64,000 bases of DNA from Ostrea edulis (GCF_947568905.1 NC_079173.1:38564001-38628000); one strand, 5' to 3'. Positions 1-8,292 are shown, counted from the first letter of the stretch. Numbers and translations: made by a program. The notes: a model not told the origin generated them from the letters alone.

Positions 1-659
1 TGTTCATTTTCAAAGTCAAATGATCCTTTTTTTATTTGGTGAACTCGTGTTGCGAAACAATGTGCCGACAAACACGTACAGGTGTTTGTGTACGGGATGT
101 CGAGACTATCATGGGCGTTTCATAAAGGTGTGAACGTCTGCGGGGAAGTCTGCATACGGATATATATCAATATCTTGATATATCTTTATACAAGAAATAA
201 TCCCGATTTACAAACATGTTGAGGTTTCTACTTAGAAATAATTAAAATCCATTTAGCGACACTGTCCACTCTATATCTGCTTCAAACATATAAACGTGAA
301 AAGTTAATACAGAACGGACGTCATAAGTTAAGGGTAATTAAGATGAATTGTTTCGAATAGCAAACTCCAACATGTAAACAATTTAAGTAAGTTATCAAAT
401 TAGTATGATAATTCTTTAAAGATAGACAGTGAAGGCACATTTTTTGAAATTAGATTACTATTTTAAATTTACAATAATATATATCATTACAGGATATAAA
501 TATATACAAATCGCCGTTTTATACGTTTTAATTTTCACCCACTAATATTTCCCTTAGTATTTTTTTTTATCACACGAAGGTACACGGTGGCATGAAGGAG
601 GCACATATGTCAGACCTCCGTGGACTTAAAGGTCTACCTCGCTCTGAAAATTGAGACTT

Positions 660-665
660 CAGAGG
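660..665 (+). other. Target-site duplication, left copy CAGAGG (right copy CAGGGG at 6950-6955)
   Basis: 5/6 identical hexamers abut both termini; 6 bp is the TSD length made by the Polinton retroviral-type integrase. Confidence 0.7.
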
Positions 666-747
666 AGTAGTATAGAGCGAGGGAATATACGCGCCCTGGC
701 GCAAGTTTTCACCGAAATTTTGCACGTTTGGTCAAGAGGTAAGCCAA

Positions 748-894
748 GGGGGCGGACGTAAGGGAATGAACCAATCAGAAGCCAGAGGGTGAGAGAAGGA
801 ACCAATCAGAATTTAGAAGGAAATATAGATTGTCAGGTTTAGAAATTTATCACGTGATGAAAGGGGTACCAGAGAGGATAATATATAATTATCC
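748..894 (+). promoter_or_regulatory. Inward-facing Pol II promoter-like motif cluster in the terminal region
   Basis: GC box GGGGGCGG 748-755; AACCAATCAGAA twice (769-780, 800-811); E-box TCACGTGA 850-857; TATA-like palindrome GGATAATATATAATTATCC 876-894; all upstream of the macrodomain ATG at 1186. Confidence 0.55.
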
Positions 895-1185
895 ATTGAA
901 AATTTTTCCCTTACATTGGGCCCCTCCGAAGAGAAAAATAAAAATCAATAAGTAATACTGCTGGTCAATGGGGAAAAATCAATATAATTGCTGGTTATGA
1001 ATAATAGATGACTTATTGATTTGGATAAAGAGATCGATGAGAGATGAAAACAATGATATTGTCGGTCAGTTTATGAATAATAAATGAATTATTGATAGGA
1101 AACTTCGCAGGATAAAAACATAATCTTTTCATTTTATGGTTCAATCTGCTAACTTAAAGATACGGAGAGTCGTTCAGAGTGTCCA

Positions 1186-1549
1186 ATGTCCGTGAGATTT
1201 CAATACGGGGATTTGTTAGACGTTAAAGATGTAGACCTTATTTGTCATCAGGTCAATTGTTTAACCGTCAAATCTCATGGACTTTCTCAACAAATTTCTC
1301 GCAAGTATCCGTGGGCCGACATATATAGTGACCGGAAATCATTTCAGGGAAGAAATTTAGCTACGTTTAATACCAGAGGCGTCCCCGGTCACATCAAAAT
1401 GTTTAAAAAAAACCAATCACACAACCATAGTTTGTATGCTAGCTCAATGGGACTACGGGCGTTGCCATGATGTTAGAAAAAAGAACAATCGCAAAGCTGT
1501 GAATTGTCTCGGATATTGTGGCTTTACTGAAATAATTCGGTATATATAG
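1186..1549 (+). pseudogene. Macrodomain (Appr-1-p processing, TARG1/DarG-like class) gene, frameshifted at the A8 run 1405-1412
   Basis: GDLLDVKDVDLICHQVNC...HGLSQQISRKYP motif; the shifted frame from 1424 continues TIVCMLAQWDYGRC...NCL to TAG 1547-1549, matching the macrodomain AQxxYG motif. Confidence 0.75.
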
Positions 1550-1842
1550 TGTTAAGTCTTTCAAATGTAGACAAGGGTGACAAAATATCAACAACTGTTA
1601 ATCCTCTTATGCACGGTTGAACTATATCAACTTATTTATTTTAAAATGTGGAAAAAAGAGAGATAAATCTCAACTAAAGAGAGGATTTTTATTTTTATTC
1701 ATGTAATTTGAGTGACATTGAATTTATCAATTGTACACATAATATGTCAAAACTTGATTCAAGGCCATGTATCCCGAAGACTGAGAAACCACGTTGAATT
1801 CAATGACTCAGACTGCATCTTCTCACAATTAAAAGTTTTCCC

Positions 1843-2089
1843 TCACGATCCAATGCATTCCGATTTGGTCATTTCCAAAGCCTGCGCTACCAGGGTCAAT
1901 AAGGTCACTTTAAGTTCTATCTGTTTGGATGGCGGATCTCTATTTTTTTTTTTTAGATCCGCTTCCCACAATGTAACGTCCCTTGTGATCGGGTCTCTCT
2001 ATTCCCTCCGAAATGTCTTGAAAATGTCGTATCCATTTTTCAAAATCGGGTACGTAAGGCATCCATTTACCAAGTTTGGCATCGTACAT
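1843..2089 (-). pseudogene. Small Polinton-associated ORF MYDAKLGKWMPYVPDFEKWIRHF..., broken at a poly-A run
   Basis: ATG at 2089, 49 aa to TAG 1940-1942 after A12; the shifted frame continues NRDPPSKQIELKVTLLTLVAQALEMTKSE to TGA 1843-1845. Not in the ORF track. Confidence 0.55.
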
Positions 2090-2529
2090 GTACTTCTATG
2101 GATCCCGTCTTCTTTTTTGAGTAAAAGTACACAGTGTGCAGGTTTTTCTAGTTTCAAAGGTTGTAAATTACTTCCCCTTATAAACAATTGTAATCTATCA
2201 AGATTCTGACTTCGTAATGGAAAGAAAAAAGGGCGATCAAAGGTCAGGTGACCGTATACGGTTTCGCGTCCCAAATATGCTCCATTAGGTTCTACGACAG
2301 GTAAGGTCCGTAGTATCCGATACGAGGATCCATTGACGTAGGAATCTCCAATGATATCACAACACACGTGTAGACGTTCGTGGTAAGGCATGTGTAGAGC
2401 AATTTCTAGCAAAGCACATTCCCAACATCCATTTAAATCATAAGTTTTGGGAAGCACCACCGCAAAATCCCCAGGCGTGTTCCCGAAAATTTTGTTGTCG
2501 TCACTGCCCACAAACAAGTAATGTTGCAT
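1999..2529 (-). CDS. Compact Polinton minor capsid (penton)-like protein, 176 aa
   Basis: N-terminal SDDNKIFGNTPGDFAVVLPKTYDLNGCWECALLEI and C-terminal LHVCCDII...ILRTLP...TFDRPFFFPL...LQLFIR...HCVLLL resemble the conserved ends of Maverick penton proteins as I recall them; the variable insertion domain appears absent. Confidence 0.7.
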   Translation of the reverse strand: MQHYLFVGSDDNKIFGNTPGDFAVVLPKTYDLNGCWECALLEIALHMPYHERLHVCCDIIGDSYVNGSSYRILRTLPVVEPNGAYLGRETVYGHLTFDRPFFFPLRSQNLDRLQLFIRGSNLQPLKLEKPAHCVLLLKKEDGIHRSTCTMPNLVNGCLTYPILKNGYDIFKTFRRE

Positions 2530-2755
2530 GTTTCTAATCTTTTGAATGAATTAGATTGTTGTTGCTCTTATGCTTTTAGACCATAAATAATTAAGATACC
2601 TGAATTCCAATAATGTAAGGTCTTCAATAAAAACTGAATGTTCACATTTACGTATTTATACACTAATATATAGTAAAACAATTTCACAACTACAGAGATA
2701 CATCATTTAGAATAAAATGTCACTTAATTGAATGTATAAAGTTTGATCATGTATA

Positions 2756-3004
2756 TCAGAAAAACACCCATTTTGTGATTCTTGACTTCTTTTGAGACGA
2801 CGACGTCAAATTGTCCCGTTGATTTACCACGACTGTTGGTAGTGGCGCGGCTGCAGTAATCGTTCCACATTTTGGCGGCGGCGGCGGAATTTCCCGTGTA
2901 TTTTCTATGGCTGGAGGCGACGACGGCGGACTTGACCGCTGCGGTGACTGTGGAATCGATGGACTGTTGGGCGGCAGCGACGGTGATTTGCCTTTGTTTT
3001 GCAT
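2756..3004 (-). CDS. Pro/Ser-rich paralogue, outer unit (upstream ATG absent)
   Basis: Paralogue of 3304..3684 starting at an internal ATG, with a divergent C-terminus. Confidence 0.35.
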   Translation of the reverse strand: MQNKGKSPSLPPNSPSIPQSPQRSSPPSSPPAIENTREIPPPPPKCGTITAAAPLPTVVVNQRDNLTSSSQKKSRITKWVFF

Positions 3005-3303
3005 GGGAGATTGCGGCGGCGGCGGAGATTGGCGGTCTTTTAGCGGCGGCGGCGGTGGATTTAAAGCTGAGGTTCCTGTGATAATTAAAATAAATACATA
3101 AAGAAAATTTATATTAATGTACTAATGACACAAGGATATTAATTGTGCTTTCTACATAAATGTCCAGTACTTAAGATACCTGAATTCCAATAATGTAAGG
3201 TCTTTAATAAAAACTGAATGTTCACATTTACGTATTTATATACTAATATATAGTAAAACAATTTCACAACTAGAGAGATACACCATTTAGAATAAAATGT
3301 CAC

Positions 3304-3593
3304 TTAATTGAAAGCACAAAGTTTGATAGTGTATATCAGAAAAGCACCCATTTTGTGAGTCTTGAATTTTTGGGGGAGCGGAGGCGTCGTACTGCCCCGT
3401 TGATTTACCACGACTGTTGGTAGTGGCGCGGCTGCAGTAATCGTTCCACATTTTGGCGGCGGCGGCGGAACTCCCCGTGTATTTTCTATGACTGGAGGCG
3501 GCGGCGGCGGACTTGACCGCTGCGGTGACTGTGGAATCGATGGACTGTTGGGCGGCAGCGGCGGTGATTTGCCTTTGTTTTGTATGGGAGATT

Positions 3594-3627
<34 letters not shown>

Positions 3628-3684
3628 AGATTGGCGGTCTTTTAGCGGCGGCGGCGGTAGATTTAAAGCTGAGAATCCTGACAT
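3304..3684 (-). CDS. Pro/Ser-rich protein, 126 aa (inner unit, left arm)
   Basis: ATG start, repeated QSP/KSP/NSP/SSP motifs and poly-Pro (CCG)n; conserved in four copies. Confidence 0.5.
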
Positions 3685-3800
3685 GACTAAAATAAATACA
3701 TAAAGAAAATTTATATTAATGTACTAATGACACAAGGATATTAATTGTGCTTTCTACATAAATGTGATTGATAGTCCTAGGTGTTTTTCGTAAATCTTGG

Positions 3801-3822
3801 TCTTAGTCCTTTTATAGCAAGT
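3801..3822. other. 22-nt central loop of the palindrome (TCTTAGTCCTTTTATAGCAAGT)
   Basis: Only non-symmetric segment; capped by a 35-bp unique stem 3766-3800/3823-3857; partial CTT/AAG pairing inside the loop. Confidence 0.95.
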
Positions 3823-3938
3823 CCAAGATTTACGAAAAACACCTAGGACTATCAATCACATTTATGTAGAAAGCACAATTAATATCCTTGTGTCATTAGT
3901 ACATTAATATAAATTTTCTTTATGTATTTATTTTAGTC

Positions 3939-4307
3939 ATGTCAGGATCCTCAGCTTTAAATCCACCGCCGCCGCCGCTAAAAGACCGCCAATCTCCGCC
4001 GCCGCCGCCGCCGCCGCAATCTCCCATACAAAACAAAGGCAAATCACCGCCGCTGCCGCCCAACAGTCCATCGATTCCACAGTCACCGCAGCGGTCAAGT
4101 CCGCCGCCGCCGCCTCCAGTCATAGAAAATACACGGGGAGTTCCGCCGCCGCCGCCAAAATGTGGAACGATTACTGCAGCCGCGCCACTACCAACAGTCG
4201 TGGTAAATCAACGGGGCAGTACGACGCCTCCGCTCCCCCAAAAATTCAAGACTCACAAAATGGGTGCTTTTCTGATATACACTATCAAACTTTGTGCTTT
4301 CAATTAA
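3939..4307 (+). CDS. Pro/Ser-rich protein, 122 aa (inner unit, right arm)
   Basis: Mirror of 3304..3684 with 7 instead of 11 Pro in the first tract. Confidence 0.5.
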   Translation: MSGSSALNPPPPPLKDRQSPPPPPPPQSPIQNKGKSPPLPPNSPSIPQSPQRSSPPPPPPVIENTRGVPPPPPKCGTITAAAPLPTVVVNQRGSTTPPLPQKFKTHKMGAFLIYTIKLCAFN

Positions 4308-4606
4308 GTGACATTTTATTCTAAATGGTGTATCTCTCTAGTTGTGAAATTGTTTTACTATATATTAGTATATAAATACGTAAATGTGAACATTCAGTTT
4401 TTATTAAAGACCTTACATTATTGGAATTCAGGTATCTTAAGTACTGGACATTTATGTAGAAAGCACAATTAATATCCTTGTGTCATTAGTACATTAATAT
4501 AAATTTTCTTTATGTATTTATTTTAATTATCACAGGAACCTCAGCTTTAAATCCACCGCCGCCGCCGCTAAAAGACCGCCAATCTCCGCCGCCGCCGCAA
4601 TCTCCC

Positions 4607-4855
4607 ATGCAAAACAAAGGCAAATCACCGTCGCTGCCGCCCAACAGTCCATCGATTCCACAGTCACCGCAGCGGTCAAGTCCGCCGTCGTCGCCTCCAG
4701 CCATAGAAAATACACGGGGAGTTCCGCCGCCGCCGCCAAAATGTGGAACGATTACTGCAGCCGCGCCACTACCAACAGTCGTGGTAAATCAACGGTACAG
4801 TATGACGTCGTCGTCTCAAAAGAAGTCAAGACTCACAAAATGGGTGTTTTTCTGA
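4607..4855 (+). CDS. Pro/Ser-rich paralogue, outer unit, right arm
   Basis: Mirror of 2756..3004. Confidence 0.35.
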   Translation: MQNKGKSPSLPPNSPSIPQSPQRSSPPSSPPAIENTRGVPPPPPKCGTITAAAPLPTVVVNQRYSMTSSSQKKSRLTKWVFF

Positions 4856-5081
4856 TATACATGATCAAACTTTATACATTCAATTAAGTGACATTTTATT
4901 CTAAATGATGTATCTCTGTAGTTGTGAAATTGTTTTACTATATATTAGTGTATAAATACGTAAATGTGAACATTCAGTTTTTATTGAAGACCTTACATTA
5001 TTGGAATTCAGGTATCTTAATTATTTATGGTCTAAAAGCATAAGAGCAACAACAATCTAATTCATTCAAAAGATTAGAAAC

Positions 5082-5613
5082 ATGCAACATTACTTGTTTG
5101 TGGGCAGTGACGACAACAAAATTTTCGGGAACACGCCTGGGGATTTTGCGGTGGTGCTTCCCAAAACTTATGATTTAAATGGATGTTGGGAATGTGCTTT
5201 GCTAGAAATTTCTCTACACATGCCTTACCACGAACGTCTACACGTGTGTTGTGATATCATTGGAGATTCCTACGTCAATGGATCCTCGTATCGGATACTA
5301 CGGACCTTACCTGTCGTAGAACCTAATGGAGCATATTTGGGACGCGAAACCGTATACGGTCACCTGACCTTTGATCGCCCTTTTTTTCTTTCCATTACGA
5401 AGTCAGAATCTTGATAGACTACAATTGTTTATAAGGGGAAGTAATTTACAACCTTTGAAACTAGAAAAACCTGTACACTGTGTTCTTTTTCTTAAAAAAG
5501 AAGACGGGATCCATAGAAGTACATGTACGATGCCAAACTTGGTAAATGGATGCCTTACGTACCCGATTTTGAAAAATGGATACGACATTTTCAAGACATT
5601 TCGGAGGGAATAG
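5082..5613 (+). pseudogene. Mirror penton-like gene with a +1 frameshift (T7 vs T6 run near 5381)
   Basis: Split into ORFs 5082..5414 and 5371..5613 that together equal the intact left copy. Confidence 0.7.
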
Positions 5614-5770
5614 AGAGACCTGATCACAAGGGACGTTACATTGTGGGAAGCGGACCTAAAAAAAAAAAAATAGAGATCCGCCGTCCAAACAGATAGAACT
5701 TAAAGTGACCTTATTGACCCTGGTAGCGCAGGCTTTGGAAATGACCAAATCGGAATGCATTGGATCGTGA
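5523..5770 (+). pseudogene. Mirror copy of the small MYDAK ORF
   Basis: ATG 5523, 57 aa to TAG 5694-5696 after A13; the shifted frame runs to TGA 5768-5770; AATAAA twice at 5914-5925 downstream. Confidence 0.55.
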
Positions 5771-6064
5771 GGGAAAACTTTTAATTGTGAGAAGATGCAG
5801 TCTGAGTCATTGAATTCAACGTGGTTTCTCAGTCTTCGGGATACATGGCCTTGAATCAAGTTTTGACATATTATGTGTACAATTGATAAATTCAATGTCA
5901 CTCAAATTACATGAATAAAAATAAAAATCCTCTCTTTAGTTGAGATTTATCTCTCTTTTTTCCACATTTTAAAATAAATAATTTGATATAGTTCAACCGT
6001 GCATAAGAGGGTTTAACAGTTATTGATATTTTGTCACCCTTGTCTACATTTGAAAGACTTAACA

Positions 6065-6429
6065 CTATATATACCGAATTATTTCAGTAAAGCCACAATA
6101 TCCGAGACAATTCACAGCTGTGCGATTGTTCTTTTTTCTAACACCATGGCAACGCCCGTAGTCCCATTGAGCTAGCATACAAACTATGGTTGTGTGATTT
6201 GGTTTTTTTTAAACATTTTGATGTGACAGGGGACGCCTCTGGTATTAAACGTAGCTAAATTTCTTCCCTGAAATGATTTCCGGTCACTATATATGTCGGC
6301 CCACGGATACTTGCGAGAAATTTGTTGAGAAAGTCCATGAGATTTGACGGTTAAACAATTGACCTGATGACAAATAAGGTCTACATCTTTAACGTCTAAC
6401 ATATCCCCGTATTGAAATCTCACGGATAT
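6065..6429 (-). pseudogene. Mirror macrodomain gene copy (start ATG changed to ATA, frameshift beside the A-run)
   Basis: Reverse complement of 1186-1549; ORF track fragment 6184..6423. Confidence 0.72.
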
Positions 6430-6720
6430 TGGACACTCTGAACGACTCTCCGTATCTTTAAGTTAGCAGATTGAACCATAAAATGAAAAGATTATGTTTT
6501 TATCCTGCGAAGTTTCCTATCAATAATTCATTTATTATTCATAAACTGACCGACAATATCATTGTTTTCATCTCTCGTCGATCTCTTTATCCAAATCAAT
6601 AAGTCATCTATTATTCATAACCAGCGATTATATTGATTTTTCCCCACTGACCAGCAGTAGTACTTATTGATTTTTATTTTTCTCTTCGGAGGGGCCCAAT
6701 GTAAGGGAAAAATTTTCAAT

Positions 6721-6867
6721 GGATAATTATATATTATCCTCTCTGGTACCCCTTTCATCACGTGATAAATTTCTAAACCTGACAATCTATATTTCCTTCT
6801 AAATTCTGATTGGTTCCTTCTCTCACCCTCTGACTTCTGACTGGTTCATTCCCTTACGTCCGCCCCC
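6721..6867 (-). promoter_or_regulatory. Mirror copy of the terminal promoter-like cluster
   Basis: Reverse complement of 748-894; one CCAAT box is changed to CCAGT (6840-6844). Confidence 0.5.
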
Positions 6868-7666
6868 TTGGCTTACCTCTTGACCAAACGTGCAAAATTT
6901 CGGTGAAAACTTGCGCCAGGGCGCGTATATTCCCTCGCTCTATACTACTCAGGGGTGCCGACAATTTTAAATGTTCACCGTGTTTTATTTTTTTTTTAAT
7001 ACTTTCAAAAATCTATTTTTGTAATTAGTTACTATAAGTACTCAAGTTTAACCAAAATTATACAGTTGTCTCTCTTTTTTATTCTCAATTATATCAATTT
7101 TAATGGAAGTTGATACATATAGATATATGCAACTTGAAAATATAAACTCGTCTTTGAGATAGACGGTAAAACATTACTATTTGCTGTGGTCCTTTCACTG
7201 CAAGGAATTTGAATTTTTAATCACGATTTTTCAATTATGTCCAATACAGCGGGAAAAAAATGTAGTGTTATGTAGTGGGGGGGGGGATATATCACAAATT
7301 TAAACATCGTGATAGAAAATATACAAGTTCCTAGTATTTTAACAGTTGTGATTTACAACCAGAATAAGCCCAAAAAATATATATTAACCTATGCGTCCAT
7401 TTTTCGTGTATTACACTGTGATTCCCAAAACGTCAACATCATGACGTTATATAGTTTTTCTGTTGCAAAACAACACAAAGTTTCAACGACTGTAAAACGA
7501 AAACTAGAAAAGATATAGTTATAAAATAAATTGTTCTGTAACCTATAACTCGTAGAGCATCAACTGTGAAAGTCTCATTTATTTTGACGAAAGGGCCAAT
7601 TTTAGTACTTTGTGGCTTTGGTTCTTTACAAATTACTAAAGATGTGAGTTTGGTATTAAATTGCAG

Positions 7667-7876
7667 GTTTCCCCTCTAAAGCAAGTCCGAGATGGAACAT
7701 TAAGTGTTAAGTCCCTTTTAATGAAGGACACCGATGGGTTGGCAAAAATATGTCTATTCAGTAAAAACGTTGAATTAAATCATGAAGAAGGTGATGTTGT
7801 ACAGATACCGTCTGCATATCCCAAGCAGTATATGCATGTACCTCAACTTACAACAACCTCAGAGTCTAGATGCCAG
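7667..7876 (+). CDS. Phase-0 exon encoding an OB-fold (RPA-like ssDNA-binding) segment
   Basis: TTGCAG acceptor 7661-7666 and GTAATA donor at 7877; 70 codons VSPLKQVRDG..LLMKDTDGLAKICLF..GDVVQIPSAYPKQYMHVPQLTTT resemble an OB-fold. Confidence 0.5.
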
Positions 7877-8114
7877 GTAATATTTTTTTTTCATTAATCC
7901 ACTTTCATTGTGCTTGACCTTTCTATTCAAACATTGCTCCTGATGTTTACAAACATATACTGAGTTAATAACTTGCATGTATTGTGTAAAATAGAAATAT
8001 AATAATACTACACTCCACATTCAAGGGGTGGAGTTAATCTGGCATGTATCTCAATTTGTTGGGCCTATAATGGCCATACACATTTATTCATATTGTTGGA
8101 ATTTTCTTTTGTAG

Positions 8115-8285
8115 TTAATGTCAAGTACCTTGAATGTCGCTGATCCAACTAATGGCGAGTTGAAGGCATTTGAGAATGATAGTGACTTCAATAATTGCAC
8201 AAGTGACATCAAAAACAAAATCATAACCATAACAGATGATTTAGAAGTTGGTGTCTATGAAATCTGCGCAATATATATCAGATAA
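8115..8285 (+). CDS. Putative terminal exon of the same OB-fold gene
   Basis: TTTTCTTTTGTAG acceptor, in frame (phase 0) with the previous exon, 56 aa then TAA. Confidence 0.4.
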   Translation, partial: LMSSTLNVADPTNGELKAFENDSDFNNCTSDIKNKIITITDDLEVGVYEICAIYIR

Positions 8286-8292
8286 TGCATAT

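Larger units (their letters stand above)
2591..3765. repeat. Tandem duplication of a ~580-595-bp unit (AT-rich spacer plus GC-rich Pro cassette), left arm
   Basis: TTAAGATACCTGAATTCC at 2591 and 3171. Confidence 0.95.
666..3800 (+). repeat. Left arm of giant inverted repeat (pairs with 3823-6949)
   Basis: Reverse-complement match traced at both ends, at all ORFs and up to AAATCTTGG(3800)/CCAAGATTT(3823). Confidence 0.97.
3858..5020. repeat. Mirror tandem duplication, right arm
   Basis: ACATTTATGTAGAAAGC at 3858 and 4448; GGTATCTTAA at 4431 and 5011. Confidence 0.95.
666..6949. mobile_element. Non-autonomous palindromic Polinton/Maverick (adintovirus-like) derivative, 6284 bp
   Basis: Starts AGTAGTATAGAGCGAGGG (666) and ends CCCTCGCTCTATACTACT (6949). 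AG...CT termini with an AGTAGT simple repeat are typical of Polintons. A 6-bp TSD flanks it and it carries a penton-like ORF. The whole element is an inverted repeat. Confidence 0.85.
3823..6949 (-). repeat. Right arm of giant inverted repeat
   Basis: Mirror of 666-3800 with scattered substitutions and microsatellite/homopolymer length differences. Confidence 0.97.

Noticed and set aside
635-684. Flank 637-645 (CCTCGCTCT) complementary to TIR 674-682
   Set aside because: Only a 9-bp match, with no equivalent on the right flank; compatible with chance.
1712-2209. 165-aa ORF and its mirror pieces (5403..5627, 5656..5901)
   Set aside because: Antisense to the penton and MYDAK genes, no recognisable motif, and broken in the mirror arm.
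2872-4739. Gly-rich and Ala-rich ORFs (2872..3081, 2907..3101, 3488..3703, 3920..4123, 4510..4704, 4530..4739)
   Set aside because: Antisense or alternate-frame shadows of the (CCG)n Pro cassette. The Pro/Ser frame has recurring SP motifs and is co-oriented with the penton gene.
666-6949. Palindrome as a pure fold-back read or assembly artefact
   Set aside because: The arms differ by many substitutions and repeat lengths, symmetry ends exactly at biologically meaningful termini, the flanks differ and a 6-bp TSD is present. It cannot be fully excluded without reads.
6950-6965. CAGGGGTGCCGAC as a hAT terminal repeat
   Set aside because: No matching inverted end or 8-bp TSD was found nearby, so it is kept only as a caveat on the TSD.
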